Source: Planctomycetota bacterium (GTDB lineage Bacteria > Planctomycetota > UBA8108 > SXIK01). Taken from it: a stretch of DNA of 64,000 nt. The notes under the pieces are model-generated. The model was not told the DNA's origin. It worked only from the letters and a program-made list of their open reading frames with translations, and searched no databases. Shown here one piece after another: positions 10,122-22,303 of the stretch; positions within the stretch are counted from its first letter, which is position 1; every line of letters begins with the position of its first letter. The translations under genes were made by a program, and so were the position numbers. The stretch spans positions 1,152,001-1,216,000 of the forward strand of contig CBDCXR010000004.1 in the NCBI GenBank assembly GCA_965223845.1, written 5' to 3'.

Positions 10122-10911
10122 GCGGATCGAGTTTCTCGTGTGCGCGTTCGTCGCGCTGGGGGGCGTCGCTTCGGCGGAAGCGTGCGACGACCCGTCAAGC
10201 TCGAGTGACGGAGAAAAGAAACCAAAGCCGGACGCCGCGAGAAAACAAGGCGTCGAGAAGTCGAAGAAGAAGGATGAGGACGGCTTTCTGCCGATTTTCG
10301 ACGGCAAAACGCTCAAGGGCTGGGAGCCGTCGACGCGAAAGAGCGCGGGAGCGTGGACGGTCGAGGATGGGATGATCGTCGGCAACGGCGACAAGGGGCG
10401 CGGCTATCTCATATACGAGAAGAAGGACATCTCCGATCTCGAGCTCAAGCTGAGCTATCGCTTTCCCGGAGAGGGAAACAGCGGGATCAGCGTTCGCGCC
10501 CGCAAAGACGAGACCCGAAAGCGGGACTTCCAGAGTTACCACGCCGACCTCGGTCACCTCGGGATCGGACGGCAGGTGCTCGGGGCCTGGGACTTTCACA
10601 CGCCGGGCCGACGCGAACACGCTTGCTTCCGCGGGACTCGGCTCGTAATCGACAAGGACGACAAGCCGACGGTGACGAACATCGAGGGCGCGGTTACGGA
10701 GAAGGACATCCGGCGCGGCGACTGGAACTCGGTCCACGTCATCGCGAAGGGAAACAACTTCAAGCTCTACATCAACGGGAAGCTGTCCTCGGAGTTCACC
10801 GAGCATCTTCCCGAGAAGCGCCGTCTCCATCGGGGGATGATTCAGCTTCAGCTTCACGATCCCGGGATGATCGTGCAGTTCAAAGATGTCCGACTGAAGA
10901 TCCTCAAATGA
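10114..10911 (+). CDS. DUF1080 (3-keto-disaccharide hydrolase family) secreted protein
   Basis: Signal peptide; 'PIFDGKTLKGW', 'WTVEDGMIVG', 'GNSGI', 'WNSVHVIAKGN', 'GMIQLQLH...VQFKDVRLK'. Confidence 0.85.
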   Translation: MIKRIEFLVCAFVALGGVASAEACDDPSSSSDGEKKPKPDAARKQGVEKSKKKDEDGFLPIFDGKTLKGWEPSTRKSAGAWTVEDGMIVGNGDKGRGYLIYEKKDISDLELKLSYRFPGEGNSGISVRARKDETRKRDFQSYHADLGHLGIGRQVLGAWDFHTPGRREHACFRGTRLVIDKDDKPTVTNIEGAVTEKDIRRGDWNSVHVIAKGNNFKLYINGKLSSEFTEHLPEKRRLHRGMIQLQLHDPGMIVQFKDVRLKILK

Positions 10912-10983
10912 GGACTCGCCGGGAGGGGGATCCGCGGAAGCCGCGACACCCCGAAGCGTGACCGTAGCGAGCGGGACCCCGAG

Positions 10984-11040
10984 AAAAGGGCCCCCTAAAA
11001 AAAGGGCCCCCTAAAAAAAGGGCCCCCTAAAAAAAGGGCC
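10984..11040. repeat. Tandem repeat, 16-bp unit AAAAAAAGGGCCCCCT, about 3.5 copies
   Basis: Units at 10984-10996 (partial), 10997-11012, 11013-11028 and 11029-11040 (partial), read directly from the sequence. Confidence 0.95.
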
Positions 11041-11078
11041 AGGTGAGAACCGGGGGCATGGCCCGGCCTTCACCTGGC
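11029..11078 (-). terminator. Rho-independent terminator on the minus strand
   Basis: The minus strand reads gccaggtga-aggccggg-ccatgc-ccccggttc-tcacctggc-cc-TTTTTTT: a GC-rich hairpin immediately followed by a 7-U tract. Confidence 0.7.
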
Positions 11079-11671
11079 GGAGAACGGATTCTGGTTTTCT
11101 GTTTTCGCGTCGCGCAGGTCAGTCAGCCGACCGTTTGCGACGGTTTCTATCGCTCTGCCGCTATTTTGCCCTTGTTCGACCCGTTTTCAGCCGAAATCGG
11201 GGCTCGGCGGCGCGATCCGGCGACTCGACAACTCTCCCGTAAATCGCCACCGTACAGGATTTGTACGTCCTCTGCGCGGTCTTCGTACGGATACCCGTAC
11301 TACGCGCTTACGCGGCGGTCATCGAGAGTTCTCGGGGGTCGTGTAAGACCTGATCCGAAAACATCTTGCGAGCGTCGAGCGCCCGCCTCGGCGGGTGCGC
11401 CGCCGACCGGGTAAAGTCGAGACAGCGGCCTCGCCGAAGCGCTTCGAGAGCCGTCTCCGGAACCGGATTCGACCCGCGAGGGAAACGAACTCTAAAGCAT
11501 TCCCCGGGGGGCTCGCAAGCGGTTTTTTGGAGATTGTTCTAACCCCAGAGAGCGTCGAAACCTCCACTCGCGAACGCCGAGCGGGACACCCATTCGGAGC
11601 GTCGGCCGAAGGCTCGCAAGCGCCGCGACGCTTTTGTAACGTCCAGCGCTGCAATAGGTTAAGCCTTGGCT

Positions 11672-14600
11672 CTAAAGGCTCTGCTGACAGTCCAGATCGT
11701 CCGCGGTCGGGTCCGTACCCGGCTCCATGAACGGCTCGGCGGGGGTGACGGTGCCCTGGAAGATGTACGTGAGGAGTGCGATCGCGTCGCTCACGTTCAC
11801 ACGGCCATCGTCGTCGACATCGGCGGCATCGAAACAAGGCGGAGTCTCGCCGCTTTGGAAGAGGTACTCCATGATGAAGATCGCGTCCGAGATGTCGCGT
11901 GAGCTATCCACGTTCGCGTCTCCGCGGAGGAAGAGAACCTCTCCCGTACCGGTGACGCGCACCTCGCCATTCGTGAGCGCGGGGAACACGGACGATCCAC
12001 CGAACGCGAAAATATTGAAGAGCGGCGGAGTGCCGACGTTGTCGATGAATCGAATCGGATACGCGCCGTCGCGAGTTCCGCCTCGAACACGCAACTCGAT
12101 GTCGACGAGGTGAAACTGATCGCCGGGCGGGATGCCCTGGCGATCGAAGGGGCTCGTGAAGTCGAAGATCACCGTGAACACGACGTGATCGTCTCGGATC
12201 GTGGGCACGACGAGCTCCGGCGAGAACATCTCCGTGTCCGTGCCCTCGAGGTGGGTGTCGACCGCTTCGAATCGCTCGGGGTCGAACTCGACGATCGTCG
12301 TGAACGCGTCGACCTTGGTCTCGGACGCGCCGAAGACGGGAACGAGGCCGCTCTCACCGGCGAGGATTCCGGTATCACCGATCCACATTCGGTTTGGATT
12401 GTTCGGCGGCGGCGGGTCGTCTCGCTTCGTCACGGTGAGCGTGCCCGACTGGGTCGTCGGAGTCTTGTTTTCGCCTCCGCTCACGAGTGCCGTCGTGTTC
12501 GTCGGGATCTCGGCGAGGATGTCGATCGTCGCGGGGCCGACGGGGGCGTCCTCGAGGACGTCGAACATGAACCGGAGCAGCGGTTCGTTGCTCGACACGG
12601 GAAGAGTGCGCGCTTCGAACGGCGGCGTGAACTCGACCAGCGCCGTAATCGCGACGGCGCTGTGCTCACTTTGAATATCGAACTCGGTAAATTCGGGAGC
12701 GGCGGTTGCCGTCACCGTCCCTTCGAAGCTCGCATCTGTCGGTGACAGGACGTTCGCGTCGTAACCGACGAGAACGACGTAGGCGTCGAGTGGAAGCGAG
12801 TTCGTCATGCGAACGAGAACGGCGCCGCTCTCGCCCTGTTTCACCTCGGTGTCCGAGACGGAGAGGGAGAACGTCTCGGGCGGCGGCGGAGGCGGGTCCG
12901 AGTCGTCGACCGCGAGGATGTGGAGCTCGTTCATCGCCGCGACGATGATCTCCTGACCGCCGTCGCCCGTGAGGTCGGCGGTCTGAACGATCCACGGATC
13001 CGGCGCCTCGACGAGGTTCGTCCCGGCCGCGTCGACGATCTCGCCGGCGCGGTTCTCGAGGAGTACGACGCGATCGAGCGCGATCGATCCGAGAACGACG
13101 TCGAGGACGCCGTCCCCCGCGAGATCAGCAAGCGTGAAGCGACCGTTGTCGAGGCTCGCCGCACCGCCGTCGCCGCCGCCGCCTGGATCGACGTCGCCGA
13201 CCGCGAAGTCTTCGACGACATAGCCGTCCTGGCCATCGTCGCGAAGAACCTTGAGCGCGTTTCCGAGGAGACTGGCGCCGTCGGTCGTGAGCACGAGGAT
13301 CTCCGGTCGCGCGAGCACGTCGCTCTCCGCCCCGATGACCCGGTCGACGGCGATCTGTTCCGCACTGCTCGGAAGATCGATCGATACGGCGTCCGCGAGC
13401 GGATACGGCGCCTCGGCGTCCTCCGGATCGGGGATCGTTCCAAAGTGGATGAGAAGCCGATCGCCCGTCGGATCGCCGTAGGCGAGGTCGAGCTGCCCGT
13501 CGAGATCGAGATCGCGGAGCGCGAGGCCCGTGCGTGACTGGCGCAGATCCCCGAAGGTCTGGATCGGATCGGCGGTGAGCGAGCCGAGGCGAACTTCGAG
13601 GCCTCGTTCGGTGTCGAAGACGTAGTCCGGGCCGCCAGAGTGATCGAGATCGCCGATACAGAGTCCGCGGACGGCCGAATCGAGAACGAGCTCGGGACCC
13701 GAGTCGAACTGGGCGGCATCGGCCGGGCCGTTGCTCGCGCGATTGAGGAAGATATGCACCCGATCGCTCGTTCCGACCACGAGGTCGAGGTCGCTGTCCT
13801 GGTCCGTGTCGGCGACCGCGAGCGAGAGAATCGTCTGCTGCTGGTCGACGGAGCCGGCATCGGTGAAACCTCCGTCGCCGTCGCCGAGGAGGAAGTGGAT
13901 CGTCGAGCCATTCTCGAGTCGATAGACGAGGTCGATGTCGCCGTCGAGGTTGACGTCGATCGGCAGCACTCCGGCGACCGTTCCCGCGACCGATGTCACC
14001 GCGGTCTTCAGTTTGGTGAGATCGACCGCTCGCGTGGCGACGCGGAACGAAAAGACGAAGCCGTCGAAGGTCGCGTCGTCGGCGGTGTCGAAGCGCAGGG
14101 CAGAGCTGAGCTCGATCGTGATCTCCTCGCCGGCGTGGTACGGAGTCGTCGGCCCGAGGACGAGGCGGCGGCGTCCGTCCTGCGTCGAGAGAACGACCGG
14201 GATCCGCCCGCGCGTGCTGCTGCGAACGGCGACCGTCCCGATGCCCACCGTGGCCAGATCGAGCGGGTCGCTGAAGCGAACGGTGATCTGCTCGTTCGAC
14301 GCGGCGTCACGGGCGTAGCTGACGGGCGTCGTCTCCTCGACGGTGACGATCGTTCCCGGAGGCGGCGGGGGAGGCTCTTCCTCGACGGTGAAGGAAAACT
14401 CCGTTTCGGCGAGCGCGACTCCGTCCGCCGACTTGAGTTCGGCGGAGAGCTCGACGCGGATGGTTTCTTCGTAGGCGTAGATCGCGGCCGGGGCGAACAC
14501 GACCCGACGTTCGGAGTTGATGTAGGAAAACACGCCGCCGATCACGCCACTCGTCGTGCCCGTGACGGTGAATGAATCGCCCGAGAGAGTCGACTCGTCG

Positions 14601-14881
14601 ACGTCCGCCGAGAAGACGACCTCAATTGCCGTCAGTCGTCCGACGCCGATCGCGCCGTCGACGGGGGTCGTCGCGACGATATTGAACGCGGCTGGTCCCG
14701 GGCCCGGGCCGGGCCCAGGGCCGGCGCCCGCACCCGCCGACGAGCCACCGCCGCCGGAGCTGTCGCAGCTCGACACCATCACCGCGGCGACGAACGCCGC
14801 GAGCAGAGGCCAACGCGGAGCGGCGAAACCAAGTGCCGCTGACGAGGAAAGGCGAGAGGATCGGTGCCAGACGCTCCTCAT
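11672..14881 (-). CDS. Surface lipoprotein: 2x bacterial Ig-like (Big_5/SbsA-type) + FG-GAP/VCBS repeats + 2x cohesin-like + C-terminal dockerin
   Basis: ATG 14881 after AGGAG; lipobox-like VMVSSC and Gly/Pro linker. Ig repeats 'ATTPVDGAIGV...IEVVFSADVDESTL' and 'TPVSYARD...ITVRFSDPLDLATV'. FG-GAP 'DVNLDGDIDL', 'DTDQDSDLDL', 'DLDLDGQLDL', 'DLTGDGGQEI'. Two ~145-aa beta domains. Dockerin 'FLRGDANVDSSRDISDAIFIMEYLF...DAADVDDDGRVNVSDAIALLTYIF'. Confidence 0.8.
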   Translation of the reverse strand: MRSVWHRSSRLSSSAALGFAAPRWPLLAAFVAAVMVSSCDSSGGGGSSAGAGAGPGPGPGPGPAAFNIVATTPVDGAIGVGRLTAIEVVFSADVDESTLSGDSFTVTGTTSGVIGGVFSYINSERRVVFAPAAIYAYEETIRVELSAELKSADGVALAETEFSFTVEEEPPPPPPGTIVTVEETTPVSYARDAASNEQITVRFSDPLDLATVGIGTVAVRSSTRGRIPVVLSTQDGRRRLVLGPTTPYHAGEEITIELSSALRFDTADDATFDGFVFSFRVATRAVDLTKLKTAVTSVAGTVAGVLPIDVNLDGDIDLVYRLENGSTIHFLLGDGDGGFTDAGSVDQQQTILSLAVADTDQDSDLDLVVGTSDRVHIFLNRASNGPADAAQFDSGPELVLDSAVRGLCIGDLDHSGGPDYVFDTERGLEVRLGSLTADPIQTFGDLRQSRTGLALRDLDLDGQLDLAYGDPTGDRLLIHFGTIPDPEDAEAPYPLADAVSIDLPSSAEQIAVDRVIGAESDVLARPEILVLTTDGASLLGNALKVLRDDGQDGYVVEDFAVGDVDPGGGGDGGAASLDNGRFTLADLAGDGVLDVVLGSIALDRVVLLENRAGEIVDAAGTNLVEAPDPWIVQTADLTGDGGQEIIVAAMNELHILAVDDSDPPPPPPETFSLSVSDTEVKQGESGAVLVRMTNSLPLDAYVVLVGYDANVLSPTDASFEGTVTATAAPEFTEFDIQSEHSAVAITALVEFTPPFEARTLPVSSNEPLLRFMFDVLEDAPVGPATIDILAEIPTNTTALVSGGENKTPTTQSGTLTVTKRDDPPPPNNPNRMWIGDTGILAGESGLVPVFGASETKVDAFTTIVEFDPERFEAVDTHLEGTDTEMFSPELVVPTIRDDHVVFTVIFDFTSPFDRQGIPPGDQFHLVDIELRVRGGTRDGAYPIRFIDNVGTPPLFNIFAFGGSSVFPALTNGEVRVTGTGEVLFLRGDANVDSSRDISDAIFIMEYLFQSGETPPCFDAADVDDDGRVNVSDAIALLTYIFQGTVTPAEPFMEPGTDPTADDLDCQQSL

Positions 14882-15427
14882 TCGGTCGTCTCCTGAGAGT
14901 CGGCCCCGCGACGGGATGACCGATCGGGCGATCGCTTTCGCGCCCGGCACGAATCGTGTCGAGTGCGAGGTCGATCCGCCCCCGAACGCTGGACGCGTCG
15001 GTCGCGCGGGAAATCCGGGATGTTTCGAGTGACTCGCGATCCGGGCCCGGCGGCTGAAGGTGGCCGCTCTCGTCGGGCGAACCGGACGGAGGGGAAGAGA
15101 GGGTTACGGTAGAAATTCTCCGAACTTCAAGTGTACGCCTTGCGCCCATCGGCGTCGACGGTCGAGTCGGGCGAACTCGCCGTCGCGTCGCCCCGCGTCG
15201 CGCCCGCCCGCGAACGGCACGGCGTTTTCGTTCCGCCGGGGGACGAACGCGAAGCCGACCGCCGCAGAAACGATCGGATTCGGGCTCCCGTTGACGTCGC
15301 CTCGTCCGCTGCTCATAGTGGGTTGGGAGACGATCGGGGAGAGAGCCGGTCGGCTGCGAGCGGGAGCGCCGCGAGACGGAGCTCGCCGCCCGTCGTTGCC
15401 GCCGCAGCCCGCACGGGAGGCGAAACT

Positions 15428-16273
15428 TTGCTCAGGGAACGGTTTTCGACGGTCGACCAGGAGCTCGGGCAGAAGATCTGGACGATCGTCCGGCTCTTCT
15501 ACAGCGCGCACGGTGCGTTCAAGGAGCAGTTCGCCCAGTACGAGACGAAGGTCGGGAGCTACTCGCAGCTCCTCGGAATCCCGCGCGCCGACCTCCGACT
15601 CAACTCGCAGGAGCTCGCGAGTCTCCTCGATCTGAAGACGATCGAGCGCCTTCGCGACGGCTACGTCCACGAGCTCAAGGATCTCTGCCACCTCGTGTTC
15701 CGCGGCCAAGATCGGACGGATCTCCTCGATCGCTACGTCTCCGACATCTTCCACGAGACTTCGATTCTCAAGGAAGAGCACTACAACGTCATCACCTACG
15801 CGCCGCTTTACGAGCGCGACGAAGCGGAGGTGGAGCTGCGCCACATCCTCGACGAGGCGCACACCATGTTTCCGCACAAGCTTCAGCACATCCGCTACCT
15901 CTTCGGGCGCGCGCAGGCTCGGCTCGAAGAGCACCTCGCGAGCTTTTCGTCGATCCAGCTCTTCATTCGCTCGCTCTACCTTCACCGCGATCGGTTCGTC
16001 CGCGAGGCGTACGAGGACGGTCTGGACGAGTTCTATCGCTTGATGTATCCCATGGGGCCGTTTCAGGGTTATTTCGAGGTCGGCCGCGGATTCTACTTCG
16101 CCGGGTTTGACGCACAGGCGCGCGAGGCTTTTGCGCTCGCCGAAGAGGCGTACCGAAAGCAGCTCTTCACCGGTCGGGTATCCGGGAAGAGCGGCTCATC
16201 CGGAGAGCTGCGAGACGCCTTGCAATCCTTGCGATCCAAGGTGGGTCGGTTGGTAGCGGCGGACGCGCGGTGA
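15428..16273 (+). CDS. Conserved hypothetical alpha-helical protein
   Basis: GGAGG at 15416-15420 precedes TTG 15428. From there the translation is protein-like (LKDLCHLVFR...IFHETSILKEEHY), whereas the upstream part of ORF 15131 is low-complexity. Co-oriented with pyrF. Confidence 0.7.
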   Translation: MLRERFSTVDQELGQKIWTIVRLFYSAHGAFKEQFAQYETKVGSYSQLLGIPRADLRLNSQELASLLDLKTIERLRDGYVHELKDLCHLVFRGQDRTDLLDRYVSDIFHETSILKEEHYNVITYAPLYERDEAEVELRHILDEAHTMFPHKLQHIRYLFGRAQARLEEHLASFSSIQLFIRSLYLHRDRFVREAYEDGLDEFYRLMYPMGPFQGYFEVGRGFYFAGFDAQAREAFALAEEAYRKQLFTGRVSGKSGSSGELRDALQSLRSKVGRLVAADAR

Positions 16274-16325
16274 GGGCTCAGACCCGTCGCGGATCTTCGC
16301 TGCGAGTGAGGAGAGGGGCGATTCC

Positions 16326-17279
16326 GTGAATTCGTCCGAGAGTGATCCGCGCGGCGAGTCGGCCGCGCCCGAACGATTCGTCGATCGACTTCATGCCGTC
16401 GTCGACCGGAAGGAAAGCTGCCTCGTCGTAGGGCTCGACCCCGACATCGCGCGTCTACCGCCCGACGTCCGGTCGATGATCGGCGAGCGAACTTCGGGCG
16501 GCGAAGGGCTGACCGCGAAGGCCTCCGCCGCGATCGGGCTCTTCTTCGACCACGTACTCGACGCCGTGCGCGAGAGTGCTGTTGCGGTGAAGCCGAACTG
16601 CGCGTTTTTCGAGCGCTACGGGGCATCGGGCTGGGACTGCCTCCGCCACGTCTGCGCGGCCGCTCGAGCCCGAGAGCTGCTCGTCATTCTCGACGCGAAG
16701 CGCGGCGACATCGGGCACAGCGCCGAGGCGTACGCCGACGGGCTCTTCGGCGACCAACCCGACACTCCAGGGGCGCACGTCGACGCGATCACGCTCAACC
16801 CGTATCTCGGGACGGACTCGGTCGCGCCGTTCCTCGCGCGGGCACGGACGCACGGGCGCGGCATCTTCGCTCTCGTGCGGACCTCGAACCGATCGGCGGG
16901 GGAACTGCAGGACCTCGTGGCGGACGGCCGCCCGTTCCACCTCCACGTCGCCGAACAGGTCGCTCAGTGGGGGCGCGAGCTCGACGGCGATGAGCGCTGG
17001 ACATCGGTCGGCGCGGTCGTCGGCGCGACCGCCCCCGAGAGCGCCGCGGCGATCCGGGCGGCCTTACCCGGGAGCCCGTTTCTCGTCCCGGGAATCGGGG
17101 CGCAGGGCGGGCGGCCGGAGGACCTCGAGCCCTACTTCTCGGGCGGCTACGGCGCGCTCGTGAGCGCCTCCCGCTCGATCCTCTATGCGTACGAGGGCAA
17201 AAGTCGGCCTTGGATCGATTCGATCCGCGCGGAGGCTGAGTCGACGCGCGAGCGCCTCGAGCGCGTGCGGCGCGGCTGA
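16326..17279 (+). CDS. pyrF: Orotidine-5'-phosphate decarboxylase (type 2)
   Basis: 'LVVGLDP', 'VKPNCAFFE', catalytic 'DAKRGDIG', 'NPYLG.DS', 'VRTSN', 'GAVVGAT', 'LVPGIGAQGG', 'SASRSILYA'. Confidence 0.95.
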   Translation: MNSSESDPRGESAAPERFVDRLHAVVDRKESCLVVGLDPDIARLPPDVRSMIGERTSGGEGLTAKASAAIGLFFDHVLDAVRESAVAVKPNCAFFERYGASGWDCLRHVCAAARARELLVILDAKRGDIGHSAEAYADGLFGDQPDTPGAHVDAITLNPYLGTDSVAPFLARARTHGRGIFALVRTSNRSAGELQDLVADGRPFHLHVAEQVAQWGRELDGDERWTSVGAVVGATAPESAAAIRAALPGSPFLVPGIGAQGGRPEDLEPYFSGGYGALVSASRSILYAYEGKSRPWIDSIRAEAESTRERLERVRRG

Positions 17280-17346
17280 GGACGGTGGCCACGACGAAGC
17301 GGTCGCCCCATTCGCGACTCGCCCTCGTCCCGCGCGCGGCTGGACG

Positions 17347-18453
17347 CTAAGCGCCCTTTTGCCGCCGCTGGCGCAGATACGCGTCGATGAACGGGAACAC
17401 ATCGCCGTCGAGAACCGCGTTCGCGTTGCCGTTCTCGAAGCCGGTGCGGTGGTCCTTCACCAACGTGTACGGCTGGAGCGTGTAGGAGCGAATCTGCGAG
17501 CCGAACGCGATCTGTCCCTTCTCGCCGTACAGCTTCGACAGCTCGAGGTCGCGGCGGATCTCCTCCTCGCGGACGAGTCGCGCCTTGAGCATCTTCATCG
17601 CCGTCGCGCGGTTCGAGTGCTGCGAACGTTCGTTCTGGCACTGAACGACGATCCCGGTCGGGAGGTGGGTGATCCGCACGGCGGAATCGGTCTTGTTGAC
17701 GTGCTGGCCGCCCGCACCGCCCGCCCGGTAAGTGTCGACTCGGAGATCCGCGTCCCGGATCTCGACGTCGATCGTCTCCGCGATCTCGGGAGACACGTCG
17801 ACCGACGCGAACGATGTGTGCCGGCGGGCTTTGGCGTCGAAGGGGGAGATCCGAACCAGGCGGTGAACGCCCACTTCGGCCTTGAGGAAGCCGTAGGCGT
17901 ACGGCCCGCGGACGAGGTACGTCGCGCTGCGGATGCCGGCTTCTTCTCCCGGCACTTTGTCGACGAGCTCCGTCTTGAAGCCCTGCTTCTCGCAGAAGCG
18001 GAGGTACTGGCGCTCGAGCATCGCGGCCCAATCGCATGACTCCGTGCCGCCCGCACCGGCTTGGACCGAGATGAACGCGCCCGAGCCGTCGTGCGGCTCG
18101 CTGAGAGTAGAGCGGACCTCGAGCTCGTCGATCGCCTGGCGGAGCTCCGTGAGCTCGGTTTCGAGGTCCGTGAGCGAGCTGTCGTCCTCTTCCGCCTCAC
18201 TCAGCTCGGCGAGCTCCAGCGCTTCCTGGGCCCGCCGGCCGAGCTGAATCGGGGGCTCGGTCTCCGCCTTGAGCCGCTTGATCTCCGCGATCACTTGCTG
18301 CGCAGCGTCGTTCTGATCCCAGAATCCCGGCGCGGCCATCTGACCTTCGAGTTCTACGATCTGCTTTTGGCCCGCTTCGACGTTGACCGTCTCCTTGAGC
18401 TCGTCGAGGCGATCGACGCAGGATCTGAGTTGGGCGATGAGGTCCGCGTACAT
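17347..18453 (-). CDS. prfB: Peptide chain release factor 2 (continuous ORF, no programmed frameshift)
   Basis: SPF anticodon-mimic ('VRISPFD'), GGQ ('GAGGQHVNKTDSAVRITH'), 'FGSQIRSY'; ATG at 18453. Confidence 0.95.
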   Translation of the reverse strand: MYADLIAQLRSCVDRLDELKETVNVEAGQKQIVELEGQMAAPGFWDQNDAAQQVIAEIKRLKAETEPPIQLGRRAQEALELAELSEAEEDDSSLTDLETELTELRQAIDELEVRSTLSEPHDGSGAFISVQAGAGGTESCDWAAMLERQYLRFCEKQGFKTELVDKVPGEEAGIRSATYLVRGPYAYGFLKAEVGVHRLVRISPFDAKARRHTSFASVDVSPEIAETIDVEIRDADLRVDTYRAGGAGGQHVNKTDSAVRITHLPTGIVVQCQNERSQHSNRATAMKMLKARLVREEEIRRDLELSKLYGEKGQIAFGSQIRSYTLQPYTLVKDHRTGFENGNANAVLDGDVFPFIDAYLRQRRQKGA

Positions 18454-18517
18454 GGGACGTTCCGAGCTCCGATCAATTCCGAGAGAGTACTGTTCGCGGC
18501 CCGCGGGACGCAAGATA

Positions 18518-18560
18518 TTGAAAGGCCCCGAGGGGTGTGCTAAGTTTCCGCGGTTTTTGG
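18518..18560 (+). promoter_or_regulatory. Putative sigma70 promoter for carB with T-tract initially transcribed region
   Basis: TTGAAA (18518-18523), 17-nt spacer ending in TG-c, TAAGTT (18541-18546), then G(18553)TTTTT seven bases downstream. Confidence 0.55.
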
Positions 18561-18901
18561 CCTTGGGGCGGAGTCCCGGCCACGGGAGAGCGCGTTCGCG
18601 AGCCGCGCGCGCCACGGTCGTTCGGGCCGAGGTCGGCGGTTGACGCCGCGATCTCTCGTATGGATCGGCGCCGATGGCCGCGGACCTTCTGCGGGATCCG
18701 TGGGAGCGGTGGAGACGCACCTAGAGCGTCTGACCGGGGGGAAGGCCGAATTTCCGAACCGAGCGTCCCGCCGCGTTCGCGTAGCATCCGACTGCAACGA
18801 CGCGGACGATTCCCACTCGGCGCCCACGCCACTCAGTTCACAAGAACCGCGTGCTCTCGCGAGTGCGCGAAGGAGACGTTCCTCTCGCGGAACGTACCGG
18901 T

Positions 18902-22120
<3,219 letters not shown>

Positions 22121-22303
22121 AGCGTACGCCGGCGCGGTGAGCTCTTCGAGCGAGGGGAATTTTTCTGCGCGGACTGAACTTCGTCGCCGAGTTTGCCGTT
22201 GATGGAGATAACGACCTCTCCGATCGGGCTGCTGCCGCGAGCCCCGATGGAAAGCGTGCCGCGACCGTCGATTCTGTAACCTTCAGCTACTTCGGAGTCC
22301 CGC

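Noticed and set aside
10984-11040. Possible CRISPR array
   Set aside because: The 16-bp units are directly adjacent with no unique spacers, and there are no cas genes in the window.
14690-14765. GGGCCC-type short repeats
   Set aside because: They simply encode the Gly/Pro/Ala linker (AGAGAGPGPGPGPGP) of the lipoprotein.
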